A DNA stretch of 64,000 nucleotides from an uncultured Acidobacteriota bacterium (GTDB lineage: Bacteria; Acidobacteriota; Thermoanaerobaculia; Gp7-AA8), in the NCBI GenBank assembly GCA_963822445.1, contig CAWGHO010000002.1, positions 2,112,001 through 2,176,000 of the forward strand, given 5' to 3'. Of this stretch, positions 10,407 through 21,317 are shown piece by piece. Each line of letters begins with the position of its first letter. Positions within the stretch are counted from its first letter, which is position 1. The notes beneath the pieces are model-generated. The model had not been told where the DNA came from. It made no database searches and saw nothing but the letters and a program-made list of their open reading frames with translations. The translations under genes and the position numbers were made by a program.

Positions 10407-10772
10407 ATGCTCGAGCTGGCCATGGAACTTATTCTTGAACTCTTCGGTGAGGGCTTGCTTGACCTTGCTCTGCACGCCGTTGGCGAGTCAGAGCGTGCAA
10501 GGAGAAGAGCGCGTCGCATAGTTATCTTCGCATTCGTTGGCGCAGGCATAGGCGCTCTGTCCCTCCTAGTGTTCCCGGAGCTTGTCATCACCGACCCGAC
10601 TTTGCGGGTTGCGCGTTTGGTCTTCAGCCCACTGTTAGCAGGCTTGACCCTGGCAATCGTAGGCCGTCGGCGGCGACGAAATGCACGATCGGTCACGTCA
10701 CTTGAGTCGTTCTGGCCAGCTTTTGCATTCGCACTGGCAATAGCGCTGGTGCGTTACTTCGGCGCCGCCTGA
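10407..10772 (+). CDS. C3: small membrane protein
   Basis: Three hydrophobic segments; ends just before the attC. Confidence 0.65.
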   Translation: MLELAMELILELFGEGLLDLALHAVGESERARRRARRIVIFAFVGAGIGALSLLVFPELVITDPTLRVARLVFSPLLAGLTLAIVGRRRRRNARSVTSLESFWPAFAFALAIALVRYFGAA

Positions 10773-10782
10773 GAGTCGAGCC

Positions 10783-10983
10783 GCCCAACTACTGCCAGGA
10801 GCTGTCGGCGGGCCGTTCGCCGCGCCCGGCGCTGAAGCGCCTCGTTCAAGCTGGACTTGCCGGCGGCACGCCGGCCGACATGCTCTCGCGCCGCTGATCG
10901 CGGCGCGACTTGCTGCAGCCGTCGCGCCGCGCGAACCGCTCGCACGCGGGGCCTCGCCGCAGCTCAGGCGATAGACGTTAGGC
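10783..10983 (+). repeat. attC 3 (family A)
   Basis: GCCCAAC...GTTAGGC. Confidence 0.9.
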
Positions 10984-11703
10984 CGACTCAATCCGGCGCG
11001 AGGGAAGTGTCGAAACTTCAGGCGAGGTTAGATCGCCGCATCGCAACATGACCGCCATGCTCATCGACCCTAGTATCACGTGATGCGTCGTGTGTTCAGT
11101 CGAAGCGTGTGCGACGAAGAGTGCTCCGAGCGCAATCGTAATAATAATGCGAAGCAGAACAAGATCCGGCCCGAAACGCCAAGTGAGGACCGCGAGCAAT
11201 GTGAAGAACCCAAACGCCAACGCCTTCCGAAACTGCAGATTATCGTTAGCGACCAGCAATATGCCGATTGATTTGCTATCGGTTTCCAACAAAAAGATTC
11301 GCATGAAACTGTGTGACGAACAAGCCGAACGGGGGAGGCGAGTTCGTGCTTCAAGCTCGTCGGCAGCCAATTTATCAATCGCTTCAAAGGGGGACGGAGT
11401 CGTGCGGTGTTGATATCGGTGGAGCCATTGGCGTAGAAACTCTGTGACCGCGCTAGTCACCGGCCGAAACAACTGGCCGACCGCGTAGGGCACCAAGATA
11501 CCCAGCGTTATCACGAACGCCGAGACGGCTGCATTCGGAACCGCGATGGCATCAAGCTCCTCATTCACATACGCACAAGCGTCAGCGATGCGCTCTAGCG
11601 CACTTGGTATAGCAATGAGTATATTCAACGACCAGACAAGGCCGAGACAATAATCTAAGACATATCCACGTATTGCGGCGATGCGTGCGTCTTCGTTCGG
11701 CAT
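10978..11703 (-). CDS. C4: hypothetical membrane protein (inverted in the cassette)
   Basis: About 4 TM segments; fills the cassette; stop lies in the R' core. Confidence 0.6.
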   Translation of the reverse strand: MPNEDARIAAIRGYVLDYCLGLVWSLNILIAIPSALERIADACAYVNEELDAIAVPNAAVSAFVITLGILVPYAVGQLFRPVTSAVTEFLRQWLHRYQHRTTPSPFEAIDKLAADELEARTRLPRSACSSHSFMRIFLLETDSKSIGILLVANDNLQFRKALAFGFFTLLAVLTWRFGPDLVLLRIIITIALGALFVAHASTEHTTHHVILGSMSMAVMLRCGDLTSPEVSTLPSRRIESA

Positions 11704-11830
11704 GATCTCACAGTACACGGACGAGTGCGAGTTCGCAATGGTGCACCGTGAGGTACTCTTCGGTATTTGATTGCCGCAGCGCGATCTCCCATCTGCGCAT
11801 GCGGCACGCCCTTGATTCGAAGCGAGCGCG

Positions 11831-12019
11831 GCCTAACTACTGCCAGGAGCTGACAGCGGGCCGTTTACCGCGCCCGCCGGCCGAGCCGGCTCGGTCGATC
11901 CAAGACGCACGGCGTCACGCCGCGTGCAACCGCGTCAAACGGCAATCGGCGGCACGCGGCGTGCCGCATCGCCGCTCGTACGTGTGGCCTCGCTGCAGCT
12001 CAGGCGATAGACGTTAGCC
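11831..12019 (+). repeat. attC 4 (family B)
   Basis: GCCTAAC...GTTAGCC. Confidence 0.9.
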
Positions 12020-12067
12020 CGACGAACACGTGGAGAAAAAGGTGCGCGATCAGATAGACTTACTCCT

Positions 12068-13105
12068 GTGGGTGACCTTTCCTCGTTCCGTGCGATCAAT
12101 ACGGCGGGTCTCGTCATTCCTAATCCTGCGGACGTTACGGCGCTCGCACTCCTCTTTGAAAAGACCTATCTGCCGCGGAATCTAGAAATCGTAAAGGAGG
12201 TAGCTCGGCGTTATCGCGTCGAGGTAGGACCTGATTGGCGGCCCGGCACGCTTAGAGCCGCCGACGGCGAGTCGATCGACCCCTTCGCGGATCTCAGCGA
12301 AGCCGAACGGCAAAACGCAAATGCATTTCTAATGGCAGGGTATAGATTTGCTCATCGGAATCACGAGTTGATCGGGCAGGTGTTTGAGACGGACGCCTTC
12401 GAAGGAGATGGCCCACTCGAAGTAACTCTCGTCGAGGAGGGCAAGAATGGTGCGTTAAACCTTTATCAGGTACGGGAACGCGCAATGTCGTTAACGTTGG
12501 ATGAGGATACCTTCGGCAGTCTTGTAGGTAAAGGCTATATCCCGATCGTTACGCATAGTCTTGGTGTAATGCCGCCAGTTGGTGATGCGAGCACCGCTCT
12601 TTCTGTAGCCGCGCTCCTGGCGATGCAAGCTGTGCGAATCGTTCTGCCGAGGACTAAGGCCGCGGCTCCAGGAGAGATCTTAGCGGCGCGCCATCGACTG
12701 CGCGATCATTTGCCACCTTTTTGGTCAGCAATGCTCAAGCTGTCTATTGAGTTGCGTGCCCGGATAAGAGACGTCAATAGCGAAACCAAGATGGCCGCTG
12801 AGGTGCGAGATTTAGTGGATACAACAGTTCGACCGGCGCTCATCGATTTGCAAACAAAGCTCGAGCGCGAGCGTAGACAATGGGCTTATCGAATTCTCGC
12901 GCCATTGCAAAAAGGTTTGCGTCTGATAATCGGTAATCCACCGATAAGCCAACAGCAGCTGATCACGACCGCGCTCGTTCTCGGCTCAGATGTTGCCATG
13001 AGCGCCGCAGAGCACATGCGCACGGTCGAGGCACTTAAGCAAGAGGCTGGTCTTACGTTTTTGTTAGAAACGCAGAAGGCGTTAGCCGAGTCCGACGCGG
13101 GCTAA
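12068..13105 (+). CDS. C5: hypothetical protein
   Basis: 345-aa ORF filling the cassette; TAA inside R''. Confidence 0.8.
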   Translation: MGDLSSFRAINTAGLVIPNPADVTALALLFEKTYLPRNLEIVKEVARRYRVEVGPDWRPGTLRAADGESIDPFADLSEAERQNANAFLMAGYRFAHRNHELIGQVFETDAFEGDGPLEVTLVEEGKNGALNLYQVRERAMSLTLDEDTFGSLVGKGYIPIVTHSLGVMPPVGDASTALSVAALLAMQAVRIVLPRTKAAAPGEILAARHRLRDHLPPFWSAMLKLSIELRARIRDVNSETKMAAEVRDLVDTTVRPALIDLQTKLERERRQWAYRILAPLQKGLRLIIGNPPISQQQLITTALVLGSDVAMSAAEHMRTVEALKQEAGLTFLLETQKALAESDAG

Positions 13106-13295
13106 CTACTGCCAGCAGCGGACGGCGGGCCGTTCGTTGGCCCGGCGGCCGAGCCGCCTACAGCGCTCCGAGATGCACGGCGTCACGCCGCTTGCAGATC
13201 GCGCCCGCCGACATCTCGTTAGTTGCGGCAAGCGGCGCGCCGCTTCCCGGCTCGCGGCCGGGGCCTCGCCGCCGCTGAGGCGATAGACGTTAGGC
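13100..13295 (+). repeat. attC 5 (family B)
   Basis: GGCTAAC...GTTAGGC. Confidence 0.9.
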
Positions 13296-13490
13296 GCACC
13301 GTCTCGTGTTCGCATACTTCACTCGCCCCAAGCCGCTCTGCTGCCGCGTTCCCCGTTAAAAGTGTATTCTTAGCCAGCGAGCTCCGACCAGAGCGTCAGG
13401 TGACAGCTCAGTGTCCGGCAAACCGCGAACGTAACGCAGGCGTCGCGCTGCACGACGTGGCACTTCACGTATACTGGCCAATCGCAGGGC

Positions 13491-14105
13491 ATGGCACAAA
13501 AACGCCGCTCCCACCTAGTACGCCGAGGGCACGGAGTTGCTCCCGTGACGCAGCAGAACTGGGTCCCGCTTGATCCTCGTGAGTTACGCCGTCGGCGGTG
13601 GACGTGGATGATCAGCGATTTGCTCGTTGCGCTACTGGTGATGGCTGCGTCGCATTTAATGCGCAGCGACGTCGCTTTGGCGCAGAGAATACACGCGCAG
13701 ACGCCGCCAGCCGTACGTGAGGCGCTGGGGTATGTAATTCTATTCGCGACCGTCTCGCGCGTCTGCGAGGTTATGTTCAGCTTCAAGCGCGTCGTTCAGG
13801 ACGACGCGTATGCACTGCGGGTCTTCAAGCTCCTCGCATTTTGGGAAGCGGTACGCGCGACGGCGTTCCTTCTTCTCCTCATGTATGGAGCTGGCGTGAT
13901 TGGTGAGGTGGCTTCGCTATTACATCAATCCGCTACATTCTTGTCCGCGCGCGCGAGTTACTACGTGTCGGCGGTGGTTGGCTGGCTAATCTCCGGTGTT
14001 GTTGGTAATTTTGCATACGACTTTCTGAAGAGATTATTTCTTAGTCGACGTTCGCGATCAGACCGCGTGGCGCGGCTGAGGGCCTTGACGCTAAAGCGGC
14101 GGTGA
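13491..14105 (+). CDS. C6: hypothetical membrane protein (start uncertain)
   Basis: Four hydrophobic segments. Confidence 0.55.
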   Translation: MAQKRRSHLVRRGHGVAPVTQQNWVPLDPRELRRRRWTWMISDLLVALLVMAASHLMRSDVALAQRIHAQTPPAVREALGYVILFATVSRVCEVMFSFKRVVQDDAYALRVFKLLAFWEAVRATAFLLLLMYGAGVIGEVASLLHQSATFLSARASYYVSAVVGWLISGVVGNFAYDFLKRLFLSRRSRSDRVARLRALTLKRR

Positions 14106-14170
14106 CGGAATCGTTATTTGGGAGCCGATCGCTACTATGCCGTTTGGACGAGTGCGAAAAGTCTTGAGGC

Positions 14171-14368
14171 GCCTAACTACTGCCAGGAGCTGTCGCGGCC
14201 CGGCTTCGGTCCGCCGGCCGAGCCGGCTGCTCTTTCGCCAGCGTGACGGCGTCACGGCGGTTGCAGTTCGCCACTCGCTGCATGGCAGTTCATTGGCGGC
14301 AACCGCCGCGCGCTCCGGCTTCGGCACGTGGGCCCTTGGCCGCGCAGCTCAGGCGATAGACGTTAGGT
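14171..14368 (+). repeat. attC 6 (family C)
   Basis: GCCTAAC...GTTAGGT. Confidence 0.9.
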
Positions 14369-14391
14369 GGACCAGGGTAGAATCCCCATCG

Positions 14392-15186
14392 ATGGCAAGA
14401 ACTCCGCGGTGGGAAGCCAGACCGGCCAAAGACGGTGTCGGCGTTGTTCATTTATCGAAGTGGGGATATTTCGCAGATTTTATTCGCCAAGAGATGCTTA
14501 GTGCGCGGTCTTATATCTGGAGAGGGCAGGCGGCTGCGAAGTGGAAGCTCGAGTCTACCTTGGATCGGCTGCTCCGCCGACGAGGAAAACTGAAAGACCC
14601 AACGATCCGCGACCAGCATCTCAGGCGATTCAAGCTGTCGAGCCGGGGCCGTCGGGGTGCGAATCCAGCACAGCTCATCTCCGACAACGACTGGTGGGCT
14701 CTAGGACAGCACTTTGGCCTCGCAACTCCGTTACTGGACTGGACCACGTCTCCGTATGTTGCGGCGTATTTTGCATATGCCGCCGAGGACAACGATGGAG
14801 ACTCGCGCCGCGCTGTCTTTGCCTTAGGGCGTAAGTCGGTCACACAGAAGACTCTCGAGATTACGCGAACTGCCGATCCTGAAGCCGGCAGGCCGGACAT
14901 CGTGGAGTTTCTTGAACCACTGTCGGACGAGAACTCACGCCTCGTGAGTCAAGGAGGGCTGTTCACTAGAGCTCCTGACGCTTCTACGATCGAAGAGTGG
15001 GTAAGCGACAACTTTGTGGGTGATGTCGGCGTATGGCGCCTACTCAAGATAACGCTGCCTAGTGCGGACCGAAGCGTGGCGCTGCAAACTCTTAACCGGA
15101 TGAACATCAACCATCTCTCGCTGTTTCCTGATCTGTACGGTGCGTCCAAGTTTACAAATCTTGACCTCCTGATCGATAATTATTGA
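14392..15186 (+). CDS. C7: FRG-domain protein
   Basis: WRGQ, QHFGLATPLLDWTTSPYVAAYFA, NSRLVSQGGLF, LFPDLYG; start moved to the first ATG inside the cassette. Confidence 0.9.
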   Translation: MARTPRWEARPAKDGVGVVHLSKWGYFADFIRQEMLSARSYIWRGQAAAKWKLESTLDRLLRRRGKLKDPTIRDQHLRRFKLSSRGRRGANPAQLISDNDWWALGQHFGLATPLLDWTTSPYVAAYFAYAAEDNDGDSRRAVFALGRKSVTQKTLEITRTADPEAGRPDIVEFLEPLSDENSRLVSQGGLFTRAPDASTIEEWVSDNFVGDVGVWRLLKITLPSADRSVALQTLNRMNINHLSLFPDLYGASKFTNLDLLIDNY

Positions 15187-15203
15187 GCGCGATTTCGCGA
15201 GCC

Positions 15204-15402
15204 ACCTAACTACTGCCAGGAGCTGTCGGCGGGCCGTTTGCCGCGCCCGGCGCTGAAGCGCCTCGTGATGCCCCGATGGGCCGGCGGCACGCCGGCCGAC
15301 ATGCTCTCGCGCCGCTGGTCGCGGCGCGAACACTGCAGCCGTCGCGCCGCGCACCCGCTCGCACGGGGGGCCGCGCCGCAGCTCAGGCGATAGACGTTAG
15401 CC
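15204..15402 (+). repeat. attC 7 (family A)
   Basis: ACCTAAC...GTTAGCC. Confidence 0.9.
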
Positions 15403-15707
15403 GCACGCCAATACCAGCGTCGTTGATGCTCCGTTCCAGGAACGGCCGCTATTTGGGGATGGTCTCCGTAAAAACCAAGTCTACGCATGTACAGCGCACT
15501 GGTAGGCGCAGCTGTCACCGCGCGTAATGCGGGTAGGGCGTAGGGGAACGCCGTATCAAAAGGTCGAAGCAGGATTCCGGAGAAGCAGGATGCACGGGCT
15601 GTCGGTCTAGACCGATCGTGCAACACTGGTCGCGCGTGACCGACGCACCGGTTCAGAGAGGCAAGCGGGAAAGCGCGAGTGCTAGCCTTCTGTCGTAAGC
15701 TGCCGGG

Positions 15708-15986
15708 GTGCAGTTCACCTGGGACCCGAGAAAGGCACGTGAGAACCTTCGGAAGCACGGCGTTTCCTTCGAGGAGGCATCCAGCGTCTTCGGAGATCCG
15801 CTCGCGCGAATTCATGATGACCCCGCTCATTCCGTCGCGGAGAGTCGTGAGATCATCGTTGGGCATTCGGGCGCTGGCCGCCTTCTCTTGGTATCCTTCA
15901 CGGAGCGAGGCGACTTCGTCCGACTCATCAGCGCCCGACACGTAGACGGTAAAGAACGACGAGACTATGAAGAAGGCATCGACTAA
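15708..15986 (+). CDS. C8: BrnT-family toxin
   Basis: FTWDPRKARENLRKHGVSFEEA...RLISAR. Confidence 0.9.
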   Translation: MQFTWDPRKARENLRKHGVSFEEASSVFGDPLARIHDDPAHSVAESREIIVGHSGAGRLLLVSFTERGDFVRLISARHVDGKERRDYEEGID

Positions 15987-16263
15987 ATCATCCGATGTTT
16001 CCGCGAAACGCGTAACGGCCAGTCGGGTCCCGCGCGGCATCAAAGCCAAACGCGATCAGTTGAGGCCGCACTACGACTTTGATTACTCCAAATCGCGTCC
16101 GAATCGCTTTGCCGACCGTGTCGCTGAGGGGGCCGTAGCCGTAGTTCTGGATGCCGACGTAGCGACCGTCTTTCAATCATCAGAAGCAGTCAATGCTTTC
16201 CTCCGCTCAGCAATCAGCGCAATGCCTCCGGCTGAACCACGCCGGCGAAAGCGCACCTCTTAG
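15967..16263 (+). CDS. C8: cognate antitoxin (BrnA-like)
   Basis: LRPHYDFDYSKSRPNRFA...VVLDADVA...VNAFLR; overlaps the toxin. Confidence 0.8.
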   Translation: MKKASTKSSDVSAKRVTASRVPRGIKAKRDQLRPHYDFDYSKSRPNRFADRVAEGAVAVVLDADVATVFQSSEAVNAFLRSAISAMPPAEPRRRKRTS

Positions 16264-16271
16264 CCAGCGGC

Positions 16272-16469
16272 GGCTAACTACTGCCAGGAGCTGTCGCGGC
16301 CCGGCTTCGGTCCGCCGGCCGAGCCGGCTGCATCATCACCAGCGTGACGGCGTCACGGCGGTTGCAGTTCGCGGCGCGGTGCTTCGCACGTTGCTCGCGG
16401 CAACCGCCGCGCCGCTCCGGCTTCGGCACGCGGGCCCTGGCCGCGCAGCTCAGGCGATAGACGTTAGGC
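16272..16469 (+). repeat. attC 8 (family C)
   Basis: GGCTAAC...GTTAGGC. Confidence 0.9.
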
Positions 16470-16614
16470 CGACGAATCACGTTTGCCCTGACGGCGCGCT
16501 TTCCATGAAACTCCGCTTACCTGCACGCCTGCAGCGCAAGACGATCGGATCACAGCCGACGCTCTCAGTCTGCAACTCGTTACGCCGACGACAGGCTGTC
16601 GAATCCCGTATCAT

Positions 16615-17655
16615 GTGACTCCTTTGCGAAACACGCTTCTCCTACTATCTGGCGGCGCGGCTGGGAACGTGGTTCGCAAAACCGTTCTTTCGTACTTGGC
16701 TCAGCATGGCTTTGCGGTCGCGAACACATACCTCGCGTCGCGGAGGCGGTTCAAAGAGGCAGGGCTCGTCTTCCTACCGGAGCACGAACTTCGCGAGCTT
16801 TGTTCCATCACGGGGCGGGGCGCACCTGATAATTATCTTTATGGATTTAACATCGCCGAGCTCGCAGAGCAACTTCGCAAATCAAATGTGGTACTCGGCA
16901 GCATTGCATGGCCAGCAGACATTAGACGTTTACGTAAAGCCTTCCCTGATCTCTGCGCGGTTCAGGTGCGTTGGGATATCGCGCAGTTTGAGGAACTCGC
17001 CAGCCGGCGAGGCGAGTCGGCAGACGTCTTGCGGATCAAGTTAGAATACCTGCAGCGCGACGCACAACGATACAATCAGCAGTCTGGGCTGTTTGATCGA
17101 GTTTTGTGGCGCGGCAGCAATCCAGACTTTCTCACTAACCAGCTTCACGCACTGATAACGAGCATCGCCCCCGATGCTACGACGGAAGATCTTCTCCCGT
17201 CGCCGCTGGCCCCGGCCAGCTACGATCACATCGTTCTAGCGACGACCCTTGAGCGATCGGTGTTGGCAAAACGGCCTGAAGAACTGTTTCGCCTCACGCC
17301 CCGTCAGTTCGAAGAACTCATCGCTGATCTCCTTGCAGCAGACGGTTTCGACGTTGAGTTGACACCGCTGTCACGCGACGGTGGCGTGGACATTATCGCC
17401 ATTAAGAACAGTTTAGTAATGCCGCACCTATGTCTCGTACAGTGTAAACGGTATAGCCCGGCAAATCCGGTTGGCGTCGAGCCTGTGCAGAGACTATATG
17501 GCGTGCTGGCGGCGCAACGCGCGAATGCTGCGCTTATCGCTACAACGTCTCGATTTACAAGGGGCGCGCGTCAATTCAAAGAGTCCGTAGGCTTTCAGCT
17601 CTCACTTCAAGACTACCAACAAATTGTCGAATGGCTGAAGCGTGTGTTTAGCTGA
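16615..17655 (+). CDS. C9: Mrr-type restriction endonuclease with an N-terminal nucleotide-kinase-like domain
   Basis: PRQFEELIADLL...DGGVDIIA...VQCKRY...TTSRFT. Confidence 0.8.
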   Translation: MTPLRNTLLLLSGGAAGNVVRKTVLSYLAQHGFAVANTYLASRRRFKEAGLVFLPEHELRELCSITGRGAPDNYLYGFNIAELAEQLRKSNVVLGSIAWPADIRRLRKAFPDLCAVQVRWDIAQFEELASRRGESADVLRIKLEYLQRDAQRYNQQSGLFDRVLWRGSNPDFLTNQLHALITSIAPDATTEDLLPSPLAPASYDHIVLATTLERSVLAKRPEELFRLTPRQFEELIADLLAADGFDVELTPLSRDGGVDIIAIKNSLVMPHLCLVQCKRYSPANPVGVEPVQRLYGVLAAQRANAALIATTSRFTRGARQFKESVGFQLSLQDYQQIVEWLKRVFS

Positions 17656-17663
17656 ACAACGCG

Positions 17664-17860
17664 GCCTAACTTTGGTGTGAAGCTGATGCGGCCCGGCTTC
17701 GGCCCGGCAGCCGAGCTGCCTGCTTCACCGCCAGCGTGACGGCGTCACGGCGGTTGCAGGTCGCCACTCGGTTCTTCGAACGTCATTGGCGGCAACCGCC
17801 GAGCCGCTCAGGCTTCGGCACGCGGGACCGGCCGCACAGCTTACACCAAGGAAGTTAGAC
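17664..17860 (+). repeat. attC 9 (family C)
   Basis: GCCTAAC...GTTAGAC. Confidence 0.9.
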
Positions 17861-17918
17861 GCACTGACGGGAAGGAAGTCGTTGCTGACGGCCACGTCTC
17901 GCGCGAAAATGCCTGAAT

Positions 17919-19706
17919 ATGGCCTTGCCTATTCGGATCACAGGCGTCGACTTCCACAACTTCAAGGCGTTTCAGCAGTACTCGGTCACTCTTCATAATC
18001 TGAACATCATGGTTGGCCCGAACAACAGCGGGAAATCGACGATTCTGGGCAGCTTTCGTGTACTTGCGGAAGGTCTACGACGGGGTCGGAGCAAGACACC
18101 CGAATGGATAACTGCTCATGGGAAGCGTCAGCTTGGCTACACGATCCCAACGGACGCGATATCGATATCACTCGAAAACGTCCACACCAACTATTCCGAC
18201 GAGGACAGTTGGGTTAGGTTCCATCTCTCCAATGAGAACTCGCTCGATCTGTATTTCCCCCATGACGGAGGTTGCTATCTACTAACGAACAGCACAAATA
18301 AGTACGTTCGGACCAAGGCCGACTTCAAGAATGAGTTTCCCGTGACGGTCGTGCCCGTGCCGGTGCTTGGACCCGTCGAGCACGAAGAACAGGTCGTGGA
18401 ACGGGAAACCGTCCGAACTGGCCTGAACACCCATCGCGCCTCGCGCCACTTCCGCAACTATTGGTATCTCAATGACGACGGCTTCGATGACTTCGCGGCT
18501 CTAGTAGCGAGGACGTGGCCCGGAATGGAGATCGAAAGGCCGGAGCGGCCCGGCGCGATGGCACAATATCTCGTAATGTTCGCGCTGGAGAATCGCATTT
18601 CGCGCGAACTGTATTGGTCCGGGTTTGGCTTCCAGATCTGGTGTCAGCTGCTAACGCACATCTCGCGGGCGTCGGCCGACACCCTACTTGTCATTGACGA
18701 GCCTGAGATCTACCTTCACCCGGACGTTCAGCGGCAGCTCGTGTCCGTGCTGCGTGACGCCGGGCCGGACATTCTGGTTGCCACGCATTCGACAGAGATT
18801 ATGGGTGAAGCGGATCCATCCGAGATTCTTGTCGTTGACAAAACGAAGCGGTCGGCTCAACGACTTCGCAATGTAGAAGGCGTGCAAGCGGCGATGCGCA
18901 CGCTAGGCTCGCTTCAGAATTTTACGTTGGCACAACTAGCGAGGACGCGTCGAGTGGTTTTTGTCGAAGGGCTTTACGATCTCAAGATCGTTCGACGGTT
19001 TGCGCAGCGTCTTGGTCACGCTGATGTTGCGTCGGGGACACCTTTCACTCCGGTTGAGTCCGGGGGTCTCGGATCGTGGGAGCGCATTCGGGGAACCGCC
19101 TGGGGGATCGAGAAGGCGCTGGGTAGTACTCTGGCTGTAGCTGCCATATTCGATCGCGACTACATGTGTGAGGAAGAGGTCGCCGCGATGGAGGCTGACT
19201 TGGGTCAGCATCTTCGATTTGCGCACATACACGCTCGCAAGGAAATAGAGAACTACCTGCTTGTGTCGGCCGTTCTTCAACGAGCTTTGGTCCGAGCCGT
19301 CAAAGATCGCGCCGGCGACGGTGGTGCCAACGCAGTACCGCCCACGGCAATTCAGACTTTGCTTGACGAAATCACGGAGGCTGTGAAGACGGAAGTGCAG
19401 GCCCAGTACGTCGCCAGGCGATCGTCGTATCTGGCGCGCGACCGACGCGGTGCGGCAGCAATCGCTACGGAGACACTAAGGTGGTTTGAGGATCGCTGGC
19501 GCGACCTCGATCGTCGGCTCGGAATCGTACCCGGCAAGGACGTCTTGGGCACCTTGCGCGCAAAGGTGCAGGAGAAATGGGGTGTCAATCTTACTGATGT
19601 TCGGATCATTGGTGAGTTCAGACGCGATGAAGTTGCCCACGATATGGTTGCGTTGATTACCGCGTTGGAGTCTTACAAAGGTGGCAAGAAAGCGCACGGC
19701 GTCTAA
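17919..19706 (+). CDS. C10: ABC-ATPase + TOPRIM (OLD-like ATP-dependent nuclease)
   Basis: GPNNSGKST, IDEPEIYLHP, ATHS, FVEGLYD, DRD, EIENY. Confidence 0.85.
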   Translation: MALPIRITGVDFHNFKAFQQYSVTLHNLNIMVGPNNSGKSTILGSFRVLAEGLRRGRSKTPEWITAHGKRQLGYTIPTDAISISLENVHTNYSDEDSWVRFHLSNENSLDLYFPHDGGCYLLTNSTNKYVRTKADFKNEFPVTVVPVPVLGPVEHEEQVVERETVRTGLNTHRASRHFRNYWYLNDDGFDDFAALVARTWPGMEIERPERPGAMAQYLVMFALENRISRELYWSGFGFQIWCQLLTHISRASADTLLVIDEPEIYLHPDVQRQLVSVLRDAGPDILVATHSTEIMGEADPSEILVVDKTKRSAQRLRNVEGVQAAMRTLGSLQNFTLAQLARTRRVVFVEGLYDLKIVRRFAQRLGHADVASGTPFTPVESGGLGSWERIRGTAWGIEKALGSTLAVAAIFDRDYMCEEEVAAMEADLGQHLRFAHIHARKEIENYLLVSAVLQRALVRAVKDRAGDGGANAVPPTAIQTLLDEITEAVKTEVQAQYVARRSSYLARDRRGAAAIATETLRWFEDRWRDLDRRLGIVPGKDVLGTLRAKVQEKWGVNLTDVRIIGEFRRDEVAHDMVALITALESYKGGKKAHGV

Positions 19707-19897
19707 CTACTGCCAGAAGCTGGCACGGCCCGGCTTCGGTCCGGCGGCCGAGCCGCCTACATTCTTGCCAGCGTGACGGCGTCACGGCGGTTGCAGTTCG
19801 GCAGGCGTTACATGCAACTTCTCGCCGGCAACCGCCGCGCCGCTCGGGCTTCGGCACGTGGGCCCTGGCCGTGCAGCTTAGGCGATAGACGTTAGCC
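19701..19897 (+). repeat. attC 10 (family C)
   Basis: GTCTAAC...GTTAGCC. Confidence 0.9.
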
Positions 19898-20032
19898 GGA
19901 CGAATCGCGATCTGCGCGCTAGCACGCTTTCTCACGAAGCTTCGCCTCCTTGCACGCTCACCGTTAGCAGAGTTTGGTCGACGGCGCGGCGCTGGTTAGC
20001 TGAGAACACGCTAGTCGAACCATAATATCTAT

Positions 20033-21112
20033 ATGTCAGTTGACCATGAGACATATCGGCTGGTGCACTATACCAATTCACCACAGGTTATCGGCTCGAT
20101 TCTGCGCTACGGCTTCTTACTTGTCCCGAACAAACGCTACCTCATAAATGCGCTGCTCGGGGAGGATCTGTTTGCAGAACGCGAACCTCAGGAGTTCGGC
20201 ATGGTTTCATTTACCCAACTGCCGGTCGCCGAGGCTACGGCGCACCGTGAGCGTTTCGGCCGTTTCGGCATCGTCGTTTCATGGGATTGGGCACTGTCGC
20301 ATGACGCGCAGCGAGTCGTCTACGTCGACGAAGGTGGTCCGATCGCGGCGACACTCGCCTGGCTCTTCCGCCTCGCGAAGCAGGAGTTGGAGCGTGCTAC
20401 CGACGGCGCTCCAAGCTCGGAGACGCTGACAAACAAAGCGTTGGCCTTCACGAAGGGTTCAACACTGTATGCGCGCCTACTCACGCTGTACGAATACATG
20501 GAACCGGAGCGGAGCTCTGGCCAGGTCGAATGGCGAATAGTCAACAAGATCCCTCAGCACCACGATACGGGAAAAGAACGCGGTGAACTGGTCCGCGAAC
20601 TACTTGAGATTGTGAAAATGTGGAAGAACTTTGGCTCTATCCGGCTGACGCCGAACGACGTTCACGCTTTCATCGGTCCTCGCGGCGCGAAGGCCGAGCT
20701 CGAAAGTGAGCTCCCCGAAGAATTCAAATCGATACCAGTTCTCACGTATCGGTCCGGAGATCGCCTCTCGCGTCTGGGGAGAGCGCGCGAACGGGCGTTG
20801 TTCGCCCATCGCGGTCGTGAGCGCGTCGTCGAGGTCGAACGGGAGCCACCGCCAGATGTTATCTGGATCACAAAGAATTCGAATGCAGCTTACTACTTGC
20901 CAGAGGTCGGCCGGATGTGGGGCGGACGGCTGTTCATCGACGAACTTGACGCGGCCATCCGAATGATCTTTCAGTATCAAAGCACTACCGGGTTTCTTTG
21001 CGAACTCGCAATACCTGTACGCGATGCGCTATACCTGTTGAACATTCTCAAGGCGATGCAACATGACAACGGTCTCGATCGTCTCAATCCGTCGAATAAC
21101 GCCGGTCGGTAG
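20033..21112 (+). CDS. C11: AbiGi-like abortive-infection family protein with C-terminal extension
   Basis: LVHYT, ILRYGF, MVSFTQLP, H...FGRFGI...W, VVY, EWR pattern. Confidence 0.65.
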   Translation: MSVDHETYRLVHYTNSPQVIGSILRYGFLLVPNKRYLINALLGEDLFAEREPQEFGMVSFTQLPVAEATAHRERFGRFGIVVSWDWALSHDAQRVVYVDEGGPIAATLAWLFRLAKQELERATDGAPSSETLTNKALAFTKGSTLYARLLTLYEYMEPERSSGQVEWRIVNKIPQHHDTGKERGELVRELLEIVKMWKNFGSIRLTPNDVHAFIGPRGAKAELESELPEEFKSIPVLTYRSGDRLSRLGRARERALFAHRGRERVVEVEREPPPDVIWITKNSNAAYYLPEVGRMWGGRLFIDELDAAIRMIFQYQSTTGFLCELAIPVRDALYLLNILKAMQHDNGLDRLNPSNNAGR

Positions 21113-21120
21113 CGCCGGCC

Positions 21121-21317
21121 GGCTAACTACTGCCAGAAGCTGGCACGGCCCGGCTTCGGTCCGGCGGCCGAGCCACCTGCATAATCGCCAGCGGGACGGC
21201 GTCACGGCGGTTGCAGATCGGCAGGCGTTGCATGCAACTTCTCGCCGGCAACCGCCGCGCCGCTTCGGCTTCGGCACGTGGGCCCTGGCCGTGCAGCTTA
21301 GGCGATAGACGTTAGCC
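21121..21317 (+). repeat. attC 11 (family C)
   Basis: GGCTAAC...GTTAGCC. Confidence 0.9.
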
